From assembly GCA_000182565.2 (NCBI GenBank), contig KQ257452.1: a stretch of 64,000 bases of DNA. The stretch is one strand, 5' to 3'. Made by a program: the position numbers and the translations under genes. How positions within the stretch are numbered: position 1 is the stretch's first letter; the number at the start of each line of letters is the position of its first letter. The notes beneath the pieces are model-generated. The model made no database searches. It had not been told where the DNA came from and was given only the letters and a program-made list of their open reading frames with translations. The DNA comes from Spizellomyces punctatus DAOM BR117. Lineage: Eukaryota. Shown here piece by piece: positions 13,660 to 28,149 of the stretch.

Positions 13660-16204
13660 CTAACGTTCCGAAGCTGCGCTACCTATGTCAGGCAGTTTCT
13701 TAAATCTCTGGAGAAGCGGAGCTTTTCCGCCTGTTACTGTTATTCGCGGGCCTAATGCCTGTTGTGCTGCGTCTGTTGATTGGGTTTTAAGTTTCATCTT
13801 GAGATCCAAGGCTTTATCAAGCAGCTGTTATATTAAGAATTAGATTTAGCTCGATCCGAGGGACTGAGGTGACAGACTGGGGATACCTGAAGCTTCTGTG
13901 CGCGGAGCGCATCGTTTTCCTTTTGAAGCTTCGCAATCCTTTCCTCTGCTACTCGCAGCTGTTGTCTGAGCTCGGCACCTACCCCGGCGCTCTTTGCAGG
14001 AAGCTAAATGGTGGAATGTAAGCTGTGACTGGCGCATCTGACAGTATGTTGTAGAAGCCTACCGGTGGGCGGGTCTCGATTTGCGACAGCTTTTCTTGTA
14101 GGTACGTGAGGGTCTTTGTGAGGTCTTGAACCTCCTGGAATAGTGCTTGCTTTTCTGATAGTGCGAGAGACAAGTCCCTAGACAGTTGTTCGTTGTTATT
14201 TGTCAGGTTAGTTATGGTTGCGATGTGTATCGTCCTTTCGGCTTCCAATTGCAAAACGCTTCCACGTAGCTACTCGAGCGGGAAAGCCGAATTCGTTAGA
14301 AAATTGAGCGACAGATTATATGACATTCGCAAAACGACGGCGGCGGCTTACATTAGCTTTCTCTGCATTCAGCACGTCAAGCTGTGCCTCTAGCGCTCGT
14401 AGGACGTCCATGGGCATATCAAGTGATACTGTGGAGCTCATTGTGCCAGTTCTCATTCCGCCATCCAAATACTCTTGTTCGGTGGTCCCTTGACTGGACT
14501 GCTGCTGGTCAATTAATTCTTGTGAAGGATTTTCACTGGGTTGGACAACTTCATCGTCAGAATTTTGATTCTCCACCAGTTGACTTGGAACTGCCGAATA
14601 CGGTCGCTCACCACCGTTGAGGGTCTCTACTGACTGTCCCAACGTTGATTCTAGGTTGAATTGTTCGTCAGTTCCGGCGGGCACCATATGGGACGAGGGG
14701 CCTTCCCCTATAATTGCACTCGCGGTGGATTCTGCCGTGTTCACCCTTGTGCTTTCCCCAGGAACCGCGCTCTGTGACTGGCTTTCCTCATTTGGTAGAG
14801 AGGCATATTGACTCGATACGATTTCATTAGCCATATTTTGATCAGTCTCGGCAGGTTCTGATGTCTGCGGTGCATCCACATCTGCGCCAGGTAAAATGTC
14901 AGGGTCACCCGATGACGGCGGTCGGGAAATTACGGTGCGCAAAGTCTGGGAAGCCACCTTCTCCAAAAAGGGTCGTTCTTCTGAAGCCGATGGGGTAGGT
15001 GTCGGAACGTCTTTCGACTGGACAGCGAGACCATCCTCCGTATCCTTATGCGGTGCCTCTTTTGCTTCACGTTCGTTTTCTTCATCCGTGGTATCGATGC
15101 CCTCGCCCTTGGTGCCACTTTCCGATTCCGGGACCTCTGTACTGTCAACAGTCTGGTCATGCGGTTCAACAGATGATTCCTCAGCCGGCACGCCTACTTC
15201 CTCCTCGGTTGTTGGATCTTGGCGTTCAATTGGTGGTGGAATTAGTGGCAGAGGTGCATTTAGCTCATTGTGCTCCTCTTCGCCTACACCCGATTGATTG
15301 TCGTGTATGACCTCCGCAAGGGTTTCGGTACCTTCCAATCCCGCACTTGGTTCACCTTCCTGCGGTAACTCGCGATCATCAGTTTTCCCCACTTCTCCGT
15401 CATGGGAGCTCGTTGTACTTGATTCATCTCCATCAATACGCGGGAGCTCGCGATCATCAATATTTCCTACTTCTCCGTCATGCGAGCTCGTTGTACTTGG
15501 TTCATCTCCATCAATACGTGGTAGCTCGCGATCATCAGTATCCCCCACTTCTTTTTCGTGAGATTCCGTTGGTGCGTCTCCTATCATCACAGACACATCC
15601 ATTTTATTGCCTTGAACCCGAATCTGTAAATAAGAGGCGACTTACCTTGTTCGGGTGGGAGAATGCGGTCCGCGCCAATATCAGGCTCTGCTAATGTAAT
15701 CTCACTTTCCTTGTTGATGGGGTTCACTGGATCTGGCGCTTCCTGATCTGCACTGGCTACATTTTCTAGTTGGTCGTTGATTTCTATCGAGTTTCTCTCC
15801 ACAAACTCTTGGACTGATCCCTCCTCCGCAGTGTTTACTGGGGGTTCCTCCTCCGTTTCTTGCTCCTCCATACTCGCAGGAAGGTTATCTGTATTGGCAT
15901 CAGGCGCTTCAGGTTCCAAATGGGGTGTCTCTTGATTGAACTTTGTCGACGAGAGTTGTAGTTCTCTGGCTTCAGCCCCATGTGCTGATCCTACGTTTCT
16001 GAGATTTTCGGCGGGGGAACTATCATCGGCAACATTGGCATTATCTTCATCTGCGGAATGCGCAATGTTTTCAGATATATCTGGTCTTTGTGTCGTTTGC
16101 TCTTGTTCAGCATCTTCAGCTATGTCATCTGTAGTTGATATTTCCTGCGCTTCAGTGTCGGCAATAGCATCTATATTGGTTGTGTTCTCAGATTGTTCTG
16201 CCAT
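13660..16204 (-). CDS. Large acidic low-complexity protein with C-terminal coiled coil, function unknown, multi-exon
   Basis: Long Glu/Asp/Ser-rich ORFs 15587-16297 and 14316-15602 joinable via GT-AG introns to heptad-rich exons (13979-14254); last exon ends ...GSAASER*. Confidence 0.65.
15364..15552. repeat. Coding tandem repeat, 78 bp unit, ~2.4 copies
   Basis: CTCGCGATCATCA recurs at 15369, 15447 and 15525; encodes 26-aa unit DDRELPRIDGDEPSTTSSHDGEVGNI. Confidence 0.9.
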
Positions 16205-17462
16205 TGCACAATCTGAACAGGGAAACACGTTATGGGATGTACACGAAATTCTGGCTCCGAAAAGTCCGGATGAAAACGTTCCAATGATTGCCTCCAATGC
16301 TTAATACTGACACAGCTGGTCAATGCAACGTTAAGATGATGACCCCAATCCTCGGTTGGGGAGAGGATCCTGGGGATCATGAATGGACTTTTACAGAATA
16401 AGGCCATATTTTGCGGGTTTAGTGTTGTGGAAAATATTCCAAAATGTGCATACGCTGTGATGTTTTACTGAATAGCTCAAATGCCCGCAGATGAAATATA
16501 ATAAGAATAGTATCTTGCTGCAGAAAGTAGCCTTGTTATCCTTCCATTTGCCTGAATTCAATATTTGAAATGTCAGCTAGATGACCCTAATTTTACTAGT
16601 CTCAAAGTTATAATTGTCACATACTTGAGTGTAAACACCCTTCAGTGTATGGTGATTCACAGAATAGTCGCTTTTACGATCTATTTTAGTTTGGGACATA
16701 TGGTGCACAGTGTCGTTTTGAACCGTCCAAGATCTTCACTTCAACCTCATCAACTTTCCGTTACTTGTGGTAAGTGAACTGATAGTTATCAAGCATATCT
16801 TGGTAGTCAAGCAAAGAAGAGGTGGTTATGGTTAAAGTTCCGTGTATGCCCCTAGAAATTGGTCAATTTGTCCATATCCTCGCGTAGTGTCATGTAGGCG
16901 ACATCTATCTTTTCATTTCACTGAATCTATCTGTCCGTGATCCCTCTACTGGTCGCTCTTTTTAACATCCGCTTCGTCCACATTGACCACAACATCATAC
17001 GGAGCTACTGGAAAAGAAATCGACCTGTAGCATAATACGCTGACGACTTCGCCCTGGTCTGTTAGTGTACGTTCGACCTGCCATCACGCCTCAGAGCAAC
17101 CCGCGAGCATCACTTTACGCATGCAGCAATCAACGGGCTAACGTCACCCCAAGCCTGCCGCTCTTTGGCAAAGACCAACTAAGGGCCCGTATCTACTTCG
17201 TTCTTTGGACTTGGATCGTTATTAGACATTTGTATTTATAATTGGTTACAGATGGCATATGAGTAAAAATACGTCTATATTATGTGGTGGAGTTGGATGC
17301 TCTCACTCTGTGTTGCCGAGCACATTGTTTTCGTTTACGAGCAGCTGCCAAAACGGTTGAGTTTTGACGCGCTGAAAGTTGAACTTCAAGTTTATGTCAC
17401 GTGCTCCGTGAGACTTGGATTTCAGAACAGTTTCGGAGCTTTCGCGCTGAGACTCCAAGGTC

Positions 17463-19245
17463 ATGATGCGAGATCGGTTCGTTCACACAGACGCTGCACC
17501 CCCGCCAGAGGACGAGGTGAATGGGGGTGAGTAGATGCAGGCAGGCTGACTAGCTTTTGCCTAATGGACTACTGAGCATGATACTGCACAGAATGGGAAT
17601 TCAAGGCACTCAAAGCTAAACGATTCGACCAGTCATCGGGAGTATGGAAGTACAGGGTCGCATGGAAGCCAACCCTTTATCAACAGGACGGCCGAACTTG
17701 GGGTATGAAAGAGCTGCAAATGGAACCCCCTCCCTGTTTTGATGTAGCCGCTTAAACTATTCCTTGGTTTTCAGTCAAGTGTTGGTGTAAATATTTTGGT
17801 CGCTTTGAAAGTTCAATTTTACCGGCCGAATATTGACCTTGTGCACTTTTGGTTTACAGTGGATACTTGGGAACCTGGTTAGTAAAAAGTCGTTACTCTA
17901 TGTGTTGATCTGTACTTAACGTTGACCTGTCCTTTCACATGGTACCCAGCCGAGAATATCGTTAGTTTCTTATTGTACGCATTGCTTTGCGTGGCATTAT
18001 GATACTCAGTGCAATCAATTCTAGCCCAAGGAATTCCGGGATGAATTCAACGACCTCTCTATTGTGGACGACGAGGAGGTCAAGCTGGACATGGCGCACT
18101 GTGCAAACTGCGATCAGCGCCTTGTATCGCATGATCTGAAGCGACGATCGCGGGCTGTAGATGGTGTACTTTGCTACAATTGCAATGCCTCCCTTGTGCG
18201 GACGGGTAGGCTTCCATTGTTAAAAAAAAAGGATCCAAGTAAAAAGAAGTCGATGACGAGGATGAATGGAGCGTTACAATCTGGGAAACCCTCTACAAGT
18301 CTGGTCCCAACTGGATCAAGTACTACGAAACGATCTCAGGACATGGATCTTGATATCAAAGCCCGTCGTCTTGCTGCAAAGGCTGGCTCGAAGATTCCTG
18401 ACAGAAAGTCCCATGCTAGTGGTAGCACGTCGCCACAGCGTCGGCCCTTGAAACGTGATAGGAGCCCCGATCGCTCGGCAAGTCCTGAGAGAAAACGCTT
18501 GAAGAAAAGAACAGGAACTGGCGCCATTGAAGTTCCAGTGGATGAAATCATGGAAAAGTACAAACCGAGTGTACCTAGGGGAGTCTTCAATGCTCACTCA
18601 GACGCTGTTAGTGTCAAACTCAAGAATATCTGGTCTGGCGACGTGGCTCAGTCTGAATCGCATGACTGGAACCTATCTTTCTTTGATGACGTGAACAAGA
18701 CGCTCAAAAGCATTGATCCTTCTGGAAAAGTGAGAAAATATAGAGCAGATCCAAATGTTGGGAAATGAACTCACCATAATTTTCAGAAACCTTCTACCTT
18801 GAAGAATAGTCTGTCGCGTAGCACAGCAAGCAAAGTAACGTATCTGTTCTACTCGAACCACGCTTGCCCTTTTAAATTGACATTTTGTTTTACAGAAAAA
18901 GGCGGTTGCTGCTCAGATAAAAGGACATCTGGTAGATAGGCGTTACTCTGCGACAGTTTTGAGACACTATTCACTGATATCTCTCGATAGAGTACGGCCG
19001 TACAAGTTCCACAAGCAGTTATTCACAAAAGCAAAGAAGAAAGCCCATCTGGATATGGCAAGAGGCAGCCATTGACAAAAACAAGAGTATCTGCGATGGA
19101 CGACGTGGAAACGGCGGCGATCAAGAAGAAAAATCTTCAGGGCAACCCAGAGGTTGTCTGCATGTGGAATGGCTGTGGAACAAGGTTTCGGTCTCAAGAG
19201 GAGCTGGCTACTCATTGCAAGGCTGTTCACTTTAATGTACCCTAG
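17463..19245 (+). CDS. Chromodomain protein with a central Cys4 (GATA-like) finger and a C-terminal C2H2 finger; includes micro-exons
   Basis: Spliced translation EWEFKALKAKRFD...KYRVAWK...VDTWEPAENI; CANC...CYNC; CMWNGCGTRFRSQEELATHCKAVH. Confidence 0.7.
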
Positions 19246-19622
19246 TGGATGGTGTTGCGTAATAGGGCACTTATTTGTAAATATTCAATAGCAGATGAAA
19301 TATATATTGACCCATGTTCGTGTATAATGCCGGTAGTTTCTAATAGCAGTGTGCATCGGTCAAGAAAAGGAGAAAGCTGGACGGACGGGCTTTCAACGAC
19401 GGGGGCGAAAACAACTCAAGTGTCACGTGTCAAAGTGCTGCGCAATTGCTCTCAGGGCCTGCCATTGAGATTGGCAAACCCAAGATTGCCGATTTCATTT
19501 TGGCAAGAAGCGAGGCACTTACCAAGAAGGGGGCTTGCATTGACGCATAAAGTAGCTGCGGCGCTCTAGCAGGAACTTTCTGTGAGCTCTTGCTCGCTGC
19601 ACGAGCGACTCTGTCGTCGATA

Positions 19623-22295
19623 ATGGAATCAGCGCCGAGAGAGTCTTTGTGTCGAAACCTTCCTTCTCTTTTCCAAAAGTACATTTGCAATACACACCAG
19701 TCTTTTGAGCCGTTCGACTTTGGTCTCAGATTCATAAAATCAACTTTGCTCGCACTTGAAACTGACTGGCGCTCCAAACAAGAAAACGCTCGCCCCACAA
19801 TCACGGCCATCCTTTTACCACTCTTCTTCTATCTTGGAGTACCGGTGATTTTGACCGGTGTCTACGTTTTGGCCAAAAAAAAGCTCAATACATTGGCACC
19901 GGCTGCTACTCCTTTGGAACGCCAAAAGGTATCAGGTCAGAACGAGGCCAAAGTACAGCGACAGAGAGCTACAGAGCCTGACGGCTCGCGAAGCAAAGAG
20001 AGAAGCGACGAGTCAGTTCCTCGGCCGCAAAAGAGCGCATTGCAGCCAATTACCAACCATTATACCTCAACTTCTCAAGGTATTTGGAGAAACGATCGGA
20101 ACGCCGGTGAAACCGATCCAATGCTAACATATGTGGTTTTGATTGCCTTCGTCCAGCTACAATGGCAAGTCATAATATGGTGCGAACACGCGCGGCGAGT
20201 TCTCCTTCACCAGCGTTGGAACAACACAAAGCGCTGGCGGATCAGGCATATCGCTCCATCACACTTGGCCTGGATTGTGATGATAAGGGTGATAGACCTG
20301 GTGCTCTGGAACACTACAGAAGGGGCGTTAAGGAGTTAAAAAATGCCATTGAGCTGCCGTTACCAACGAGACAAGACAGGTATGTGGTTTTCATTGCAGC
20401 GGAAAGTAATATGCTAGAGTCGATTAGAGTCGTTCATCATTTTCAGGCTTTAACATCGGTTTCTCATGCAGGGAAAAGGCCGAATCACTCAACGCCAAAA
20501 TGAGGGGAAATCTTGAGCAGATAGAGAATCGTGTCAAAGAGCTTGTACAAGCACCAGGTTCGGGGTAGCTGTTAATACCTATCGACAAAGAGTCGTGCTC
20601 ATACTTATGGGTAGCAATGGCATCAACGTCCGCGCCTCCACGAAATGCCCAGAATGTAAAGCCACGAGTCCCTTCAGCAAACGTCAAGAAAGCAGTCCCT
20701 AAATCAGAGGTGTGCACGTCCGCGCAAGATGCTGCTTCAAGCATAGATTTAAATTATTATCTGAATGGTTGCAATAGGCGCCAAAGACTTCTTCAAATAA
20801 GCTCAAAGTGAGCAATTTAAAGAATGTCGATACAGCAATGGCGAACCGAATTTTGAACGAGATCGTCATTGACAAGCCATCTGTCACTTGGGAAGATATA
20901 GGTAATTCTCGGCGGGATTCCATCTTTAGACCGGCCTGACCAAAGCTCACCCAGTATATTTTTCATTCAGTTGGTTTGGAGGGAGCCAAGACGGCTCTCC
21001 GCGAGATTGTGATTTTACCCACACTTCGACCTGAGCTATTCACTGGTCTAAGAGCTCCCGCAAGAGGTGCGAAGGAATGGCGTCAGCGTGTAGTTGCGGA
21101 GCATGTTCTCAATGGTACGTATATCTGCAGGTGTACTATTATTTGGACCTCCGGGAACTGGAAAGACGATGTTAGCAAAGGTAAAGTGGAAGAGTCTGAA
21201 AGCAGATTGAACAAATAACTAAATGCGGTACTATGTCTCCAGGCTGTGGCGCATGAATCGCAAGCGACGTTCTTCTCGATCAGCGCGTCTTCGTTGACAT
21301 CCAAGTTTGTATGTAATCGTTCACCCAACTAACGCTAGGTTTAGCTCATATCTTCGTGATCATTAGGTGGGTGAAGGTGAAAAGATGGTGCGGAGCCTAT
21401 TCGCCATGGCCCGACAGCTGCAACCGGCGGTCATATTTATTGGTATGGTGCGCATTTTACATGGTCCAGAGGAACGACTGATGGACCGCCGTGACTTCAG
21501 ATGAGATCGACTCTATCATGACAGAGCGAAGTGAATCTGAGCATGAAGCATCTAGAAGACTGAAAACCGAGTTCCTTTTGCAATTTGATGGCTTAGGGAG
21601 CAGTTCCGATGATCGATTATTAGTCCTTGCTGCGACCAATCGTCCTCAGGAATTGGTATGTCTTGATAAGAGTGTAGATTGTATGGATCAGGCGCTGACG
21701 TTCATATGGCCTTTCCTGCTTGAAATTAGGACGAAGCTGCACTGCGTCGTCTGGTATGGCTCTTTTAGCAGAGACGTGTCTTATGATGTTGATCCTCATT
21801 ATGGAACGAATAGGTGAAACGCATTTATATCCCGTTGCCGGAGGCTGCAACTCGAGCTGCTTTGATTGGAGCACTTATTCAAGGCCACAAGCATGAGCTA
21901 TCAAAGACAGATCTGAACCGTTTGGTTGCGTCCACAGAAGGTAGCGTCCAGTAGACAGGACATGCGATTTGACACGTTATACTTATGACATTGGACAGGG
22001 TATTCGGGAAGTGACATTACAGCATTGGGTAGGGTCCCATCTTTGTATAGTCTATATCCCTTTTGTTCTATCACTTTGTCATTCTAATCATCTTATGCGT
22101 ACAGCGCGGGAAGCATCTCTTGGACCCATACGAGAATTGGGAGACCGCTTGATGTCAACTTCCGCAGATGCCATTCGGCCTATCAATCTGCGGGATTTCG
22201 CCGCAGCCTTGAATATCATCCGCCCATCCGTATCACATGGAAGTCTCAAGCAATATGACACCTGGAATCGGAGCTATGGTACCTATGGGGCTTGA
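19623..22295 (+). CDS. SPAST: Spastin-like microtubule-severing AAA ATPase (hydrophobic N-terminal segment, MIT-like domain, AAA domain)
   Basis: [15 protein letters not shown], Walker A GPPGTGKT, Walker [30 protein letters not shown]. Confidence 0.85.
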
Positions 22296-22683
22296 TCTCT
22301 CCAAATAGTTTTGTATATACACACCCTACGCCGTCGCGTTGCATATTGTAGAATGTATACAGCAAATACCATAGGCCTAGATGCTTCGTGCTGTATTACC
22401 ATTTCCATTTATGTATTGAGATGCAGTGTTGGTAGTTACAGCATCAGGAATTTCAATCATCCATGTTCGTAGCACCAACGAACGAGAGCTTTTAATGATG
22501 CGTTAAGCGCTTACGCGAGACGCGATCGGTAGGGCAAGCCTCCATGTACGGATGACGTGTGTTGGGACATGCGACTTTGAGGGCGTGAAGGAAGGGTCTT
22601 CCGTCTCAGCGACCGCCAACAAACAGATAGAAAGAAACTGTTTCTTTTTTGTCTGCTACCACTCCCAGCGAACCTCGAAAAAA

Positions 22684-23761
22684 ATGTCCACAAACCCAAG
22701 CACAACCTCTCTTCACTCTGCCGGTTCAAACACTATTGACACTCAATGCAACCCGCATGTTGACCCGAATGCAAAGATTGCGCTTATTGTCGGCGATGGT
22801 CCGTAACCTAGTGAACTTCTTTCTGGCTTTAGGCACCGGGCTGACGAAAACTATTTCGCTCCCTGTTCCTTCAGATATCAAAACGATGAATGCTACAGCC
22901 CACACATTTATGCAAAAAGGATACGCCGTCGTCACTGCTCGTTCTAAACCAGAGTCCACGGTTGTCAACGTCCGCTCTCCATCAGGTTCCACAACTGGTA
23001 CATCTCCAGGGGAGGCTAGTCAGTGGATTGTGGAACATGTGGATGACATGGGACATGTGGGATCTGTTGAGAAGATGTTTGCAGATGTAATCCGGAAGGT
23101 AATGCATTTCTGCCGTAATATGGCAGATTGGGACATGGTTACAGGTTTGAAAACCTTTAGGTTGGTACACCCAACGTGGTTGTGATTGATACCATCACCT
23201 CCACTGTTGGAGCGTCCGCAGAAGAGAAACCATTGTTGGTAACGACGTTGAACATTGACGCCTTTATCAAAGACTTTACGAGAAGAGTTGTTGCTGCGTG
23301 TCGGTAAGTATGATGTGTCGGGCCACTTGTTTGCAGGAAGGTTTATGGTGATGGTTTCGTTACATCATTCATGTCCTTACATTTCACACGTAAGGCTTGC
23401 CCAGTTGGCCATCATTGGCTTTCGCAAACGGCAATCTCACGCTTCTCAACTACAAAAGCACATTCTCCTTTTCACAATTGACAAAACTAGAAACCCGTCA
23501 CTGTCTGTCTGCAATGCGTCTATCAAGTCGCTGGCGGAGTCATTTGCCAACGAATGCCGCACAGATAGTGATGGGGGACGCCAACATATTAATGTGTGCG
23601 TCGTGGACGCGGACATGCGTGCAAGTGCTGAGAAACTGGCTGACGCTTATTGGAATTGTTGCGCTGGCAATCCATCTCAGGCTGACAGTGGTATTGAAGG
23701 GAAGAAAACGGGACTCCACTACGAGCATGTCGACGCGCGACCTTTTGCGGTTGAGCAGTAA
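22684..23761 (+). CDS. Divergent short-chain dehydrogenase/Rossmann-fold-like protein
   Basis: ALIVGDGP, KGYAVVTARS, ASIKSLAESFANE...INVCVVD resemble atypical SDRs; catalytic motifs not evident. Confidence 0.45.
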
Positions 23762-24006
23762 GCAGGTTGAAGGAATACCATTGCCCTTTCACATTTCCAA
23801 TTTGTATCATGTCCAAGCTCTATGATCTGTAATATAAGGAAAACAGAATGTAAATCACGACGGTCGTAGAAGCATTTTGGTATGGCGATTGAAAGATGAT
23901 TGCTTATTACGTAAATCCCGGATCTAATGGGATCGAATGCAATCTTTTCTGTGGCTTTGCTGTTTCTCGTAAGTCGAGTTGACGATCGTTTGCGTTTGCA
24001 CTCTAG

Positions 24007-25393
<1,387 letters not shown>

Positions 25394-25409
25394 CATCGCG
25401 CTCACGTCC

Positions 25410-25686
25410 NNNNNNNNNNNNNNNNNNNNNNNNNNNNNNNNNNNNNNNNNNNNNNNNNNNNNNNNNNNNNNNNNNNNNNNNNNNNNNNNNNNNNNNNNNN
25501 NNNNNNNNNNNNNNNNNNNNNNNNNNNNNNNNNNNNNNNNNNNNNNNNNNNNNNNNNNNNNNNNNNNNNNNNNNNNNNNNNNNNNNNNNNNNNNNNNNNN
25601 NNNNNNNNNNNNNNNNNNNNNNNNNNNNNNNNNNNNNNNNNNNNNNNNNNNNNNNNNNNNNNNNNNNNNNNNNNNNNNNNNNNNNN
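25410..25686. other. Assembly gap (N run)
   Basis: Continuous Ns. Confidence 1.
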
Positions 25687-27100
25687 GTTTCTCTGTAAAT
25701 ATCCAGATAGCGGATGTTGTTCCGTTCGTGCAATGTCCACACCGTTCATCTCTTTATCATGTAGCGCTGATCGTCATTGCAAATACAAGGATCCTTTCAT
25801 GAGTATGGCTGGGCTTGACATCGCAGCTGAGGTAGTTTTGATCTTTATAAAGCGCATCTGCACACAATTTATAGAGTGATTCTTTTCATATACACGGAAC
25901 AATCCTTCAAGGTCAAAGCAGAAAATCGGTTCTGGATCACCATCTGGAAGGTCTGTTGGTCGTGTAGGCATCTTTGACAACCTTTCCAGACATAATCACA
26001 GCATGACTGAATAGTCGTGTTTACGGGCATCTTGACCATATTCCGAAGTATTGATGTTGATGTAACTTTGAGGGAGACAAACATGTAGCCAATCGTCCAC
26101 CTAACTCTAACCTAAACCTACCCTATGCCGCCCAAGACTTTTTCCTCTACCACCTCCCACTCCCTGTCAGGGGAAAGTCACTACCCGCTCGTCCATGAGG
26201 TAGAAAAGATCTTTGACTCGTACTTTTGACACGATACCCTGAATCAGTCCGTAAATCGACGCATCTCTAGCCATTTTCCCAACAAAACTGCTGCCAAAAC
26301 AGCTAAAGGTCTTCCTTTCTTGCTGGATGTCTTTATGTATGGAGGAATATCTCTTCACGAGAGCAGTTGTTGATTCGAGTGACGTTTCCCGTTTCAATGT
26401 ACTCGGCATCCAACCTTTTTGAAATTTTTGCCTTTTACCTGGTCGCTTTTTGAGATGGATCTTCCAAGGTATTTCATCAGGTATCCCATGAGATCATATG
26501 CCACTCCTACCGGGAATCTATCGTCAGATGGAACACGTTCAAAGGTGAATAGGTAGTTGCAGTGGTTGTTGCGTAAGATGGAAGAAGCGAGTGGGTCAAA
26601 GTAGGAAAGTTGGGGGCACAAACTTGAGTAGTCATTCACTTCCCTTTTATCATCCGGAGTAATTTAAATGACATGGATTGGGGCTTTTGGCAATCTTACA
26701 ATATATCTATCCGTGATGTTGAGGTCACCGGCGTCGGACTTGCGATATTCAATTGCCATATTCGATTGCGTCGACATTTTCATCGCGTCTGGACATGTTC
26801 CTCCTCTGTTAACGCGATTGGGTTTGTTATTGGTATCACTAATCCGTACGGAATATCTTTAACGATGTAAACAAGTGCATATACGAGTCCTTTGTTAAAC
26901 AAGACTCAAAGGAGTAAGATGGCACTCCATGTCGACTCGTACAAGCAAATGATTCTTGAAGATTGTGGCAAGGCTCCCAATGGAGCTCGATGAAATTGCA
27001 AGTTTAATGCTCTTCAAGCAAAGGATCTCCTTGCAACATGAAGGACACAGGAACTAGAAATTTGTGGTGAAGGAGCAGAATACCATTAGATTAAAATTCG
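25687..27100 (-). pseudogene. Possible decayed coding sequence of unknown identity
   Basis: Chain of short same-strand ORF fragments separated by stops/frameshifts, with no recognisable motif or clean intron structure. Confidence 0.3.
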
Positions 27101-27290
27101 GTGTTGATGGAGGTTTGATGCGTGGACGATCTTTGAAAGATTCGCTGTCTGCAAGAGATAGCCACGGGCTGGATCTTAATCGTTTTAAATCATATCACAT
27201 TGGTCGAAATACCAATTACAACACTAAAGCCATTACAAGAATACTACTTGTACTATATTATCTATCGACCATGTACATCTCTTATTTAGA

Positions 27291-27617
27291 TCACTCTCTA
27301 ACTTCCCGACCGCATTTTGAACACTGATGACCGTGGGTGGCGCCCCATACAAGATCAATAAAATTGCAGTGACGGCATTTGAGATAAAATGCCCCAGGAA
27401 TGTTATTCTTTGCCGTTTCACGCTTGCACCCGTCACACTTGTGGAAACGTGTGCCGCCATCGACTTTGTCGACGCGACCGCAGTGAGGGCACACGACGCG
27501 ATACGTTCCCAAAAGGTGTCCTGCAACCATTTCGCCGATGCGAAGGACGCCAGGAATGATGACATCTTTAAAACCAGCGGCAAGGAGAGCCGCGGCGATA
27601 GCGGATTCAACTGCCAT
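27291..27617 (-). CDS. Small intronless double zinc-ribbon protein (108 aa)
   Basis: Four CxxC pairs (CPHC, CDGC, CRHC, CSKC) in two similar halves; CAA-rich leader; TATAAAG about 95 bp upstream. Confidence 0.7.
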   Translation of the reverse strand: MAVESAIAAALLAAGFKDVIIPGVLRIGEMVAGHLLGTYRVVCPHCGRVDKVDGGTRFHKCDGCKRETAKNNIPGAFYLKCRHCNFIDLVWGATHGHQCSKCGREVRE

Positions 27618-28149
27618 TGTTTTGTCGAGTTGTTGAAGTTGTTGTTGATGATGTTGTTGTTGTTGTGACGAGCTTTGTTAGGTGCAAAATGGGACGAGGT
27701 GCATGTTCGTGCCTTTATATACGAAATGGGGACACCACATAAAAGGCCATGAAAACAATGGAATCATAGTGAAGCATATGCTCACCGTGAAATGGAATAT
27801 TGCCAACTGTGGCTGCTATATTATTTTTTGGTGGGGAAGGAAACAAACAACAGCCCATAATGGAGCGGGATAGTCTACTGCTACCTCAAATGTCTTGCAT
27901 ATCTTGCAAATGCGTGGCTTTACCGCCTTTGAATATCAAAATACTCACTGATTGAAAGCTCGTACTGCGGCCGAGGTGCCTATTTCAATCCTGTTGACAA
28001 GCTGTGAATGATTTCAAGCATTGGAAATGACATTATAATGTACAAAAGAAGAAGATCATATTGTGACAGATGTATTCAAACAGCCAACCCATTTCCCGCA
28101 CTCACCGTCCGCACCCTCCGACACCCATCCGTCCATCCACGCTTTCATA

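Noticed and set aside
26095-26130. Telomere-like CTAACTCTAACCTAAACCTACCCTA
   Set aside because: Only a few degenerate units; cannot be distinguished from chance low complexity
27628-27666. GTT/CAA microsatellite as an independent element
   Set aside because: Best explained as the CAA-rich 5' leader of the zinc-ribbon gene
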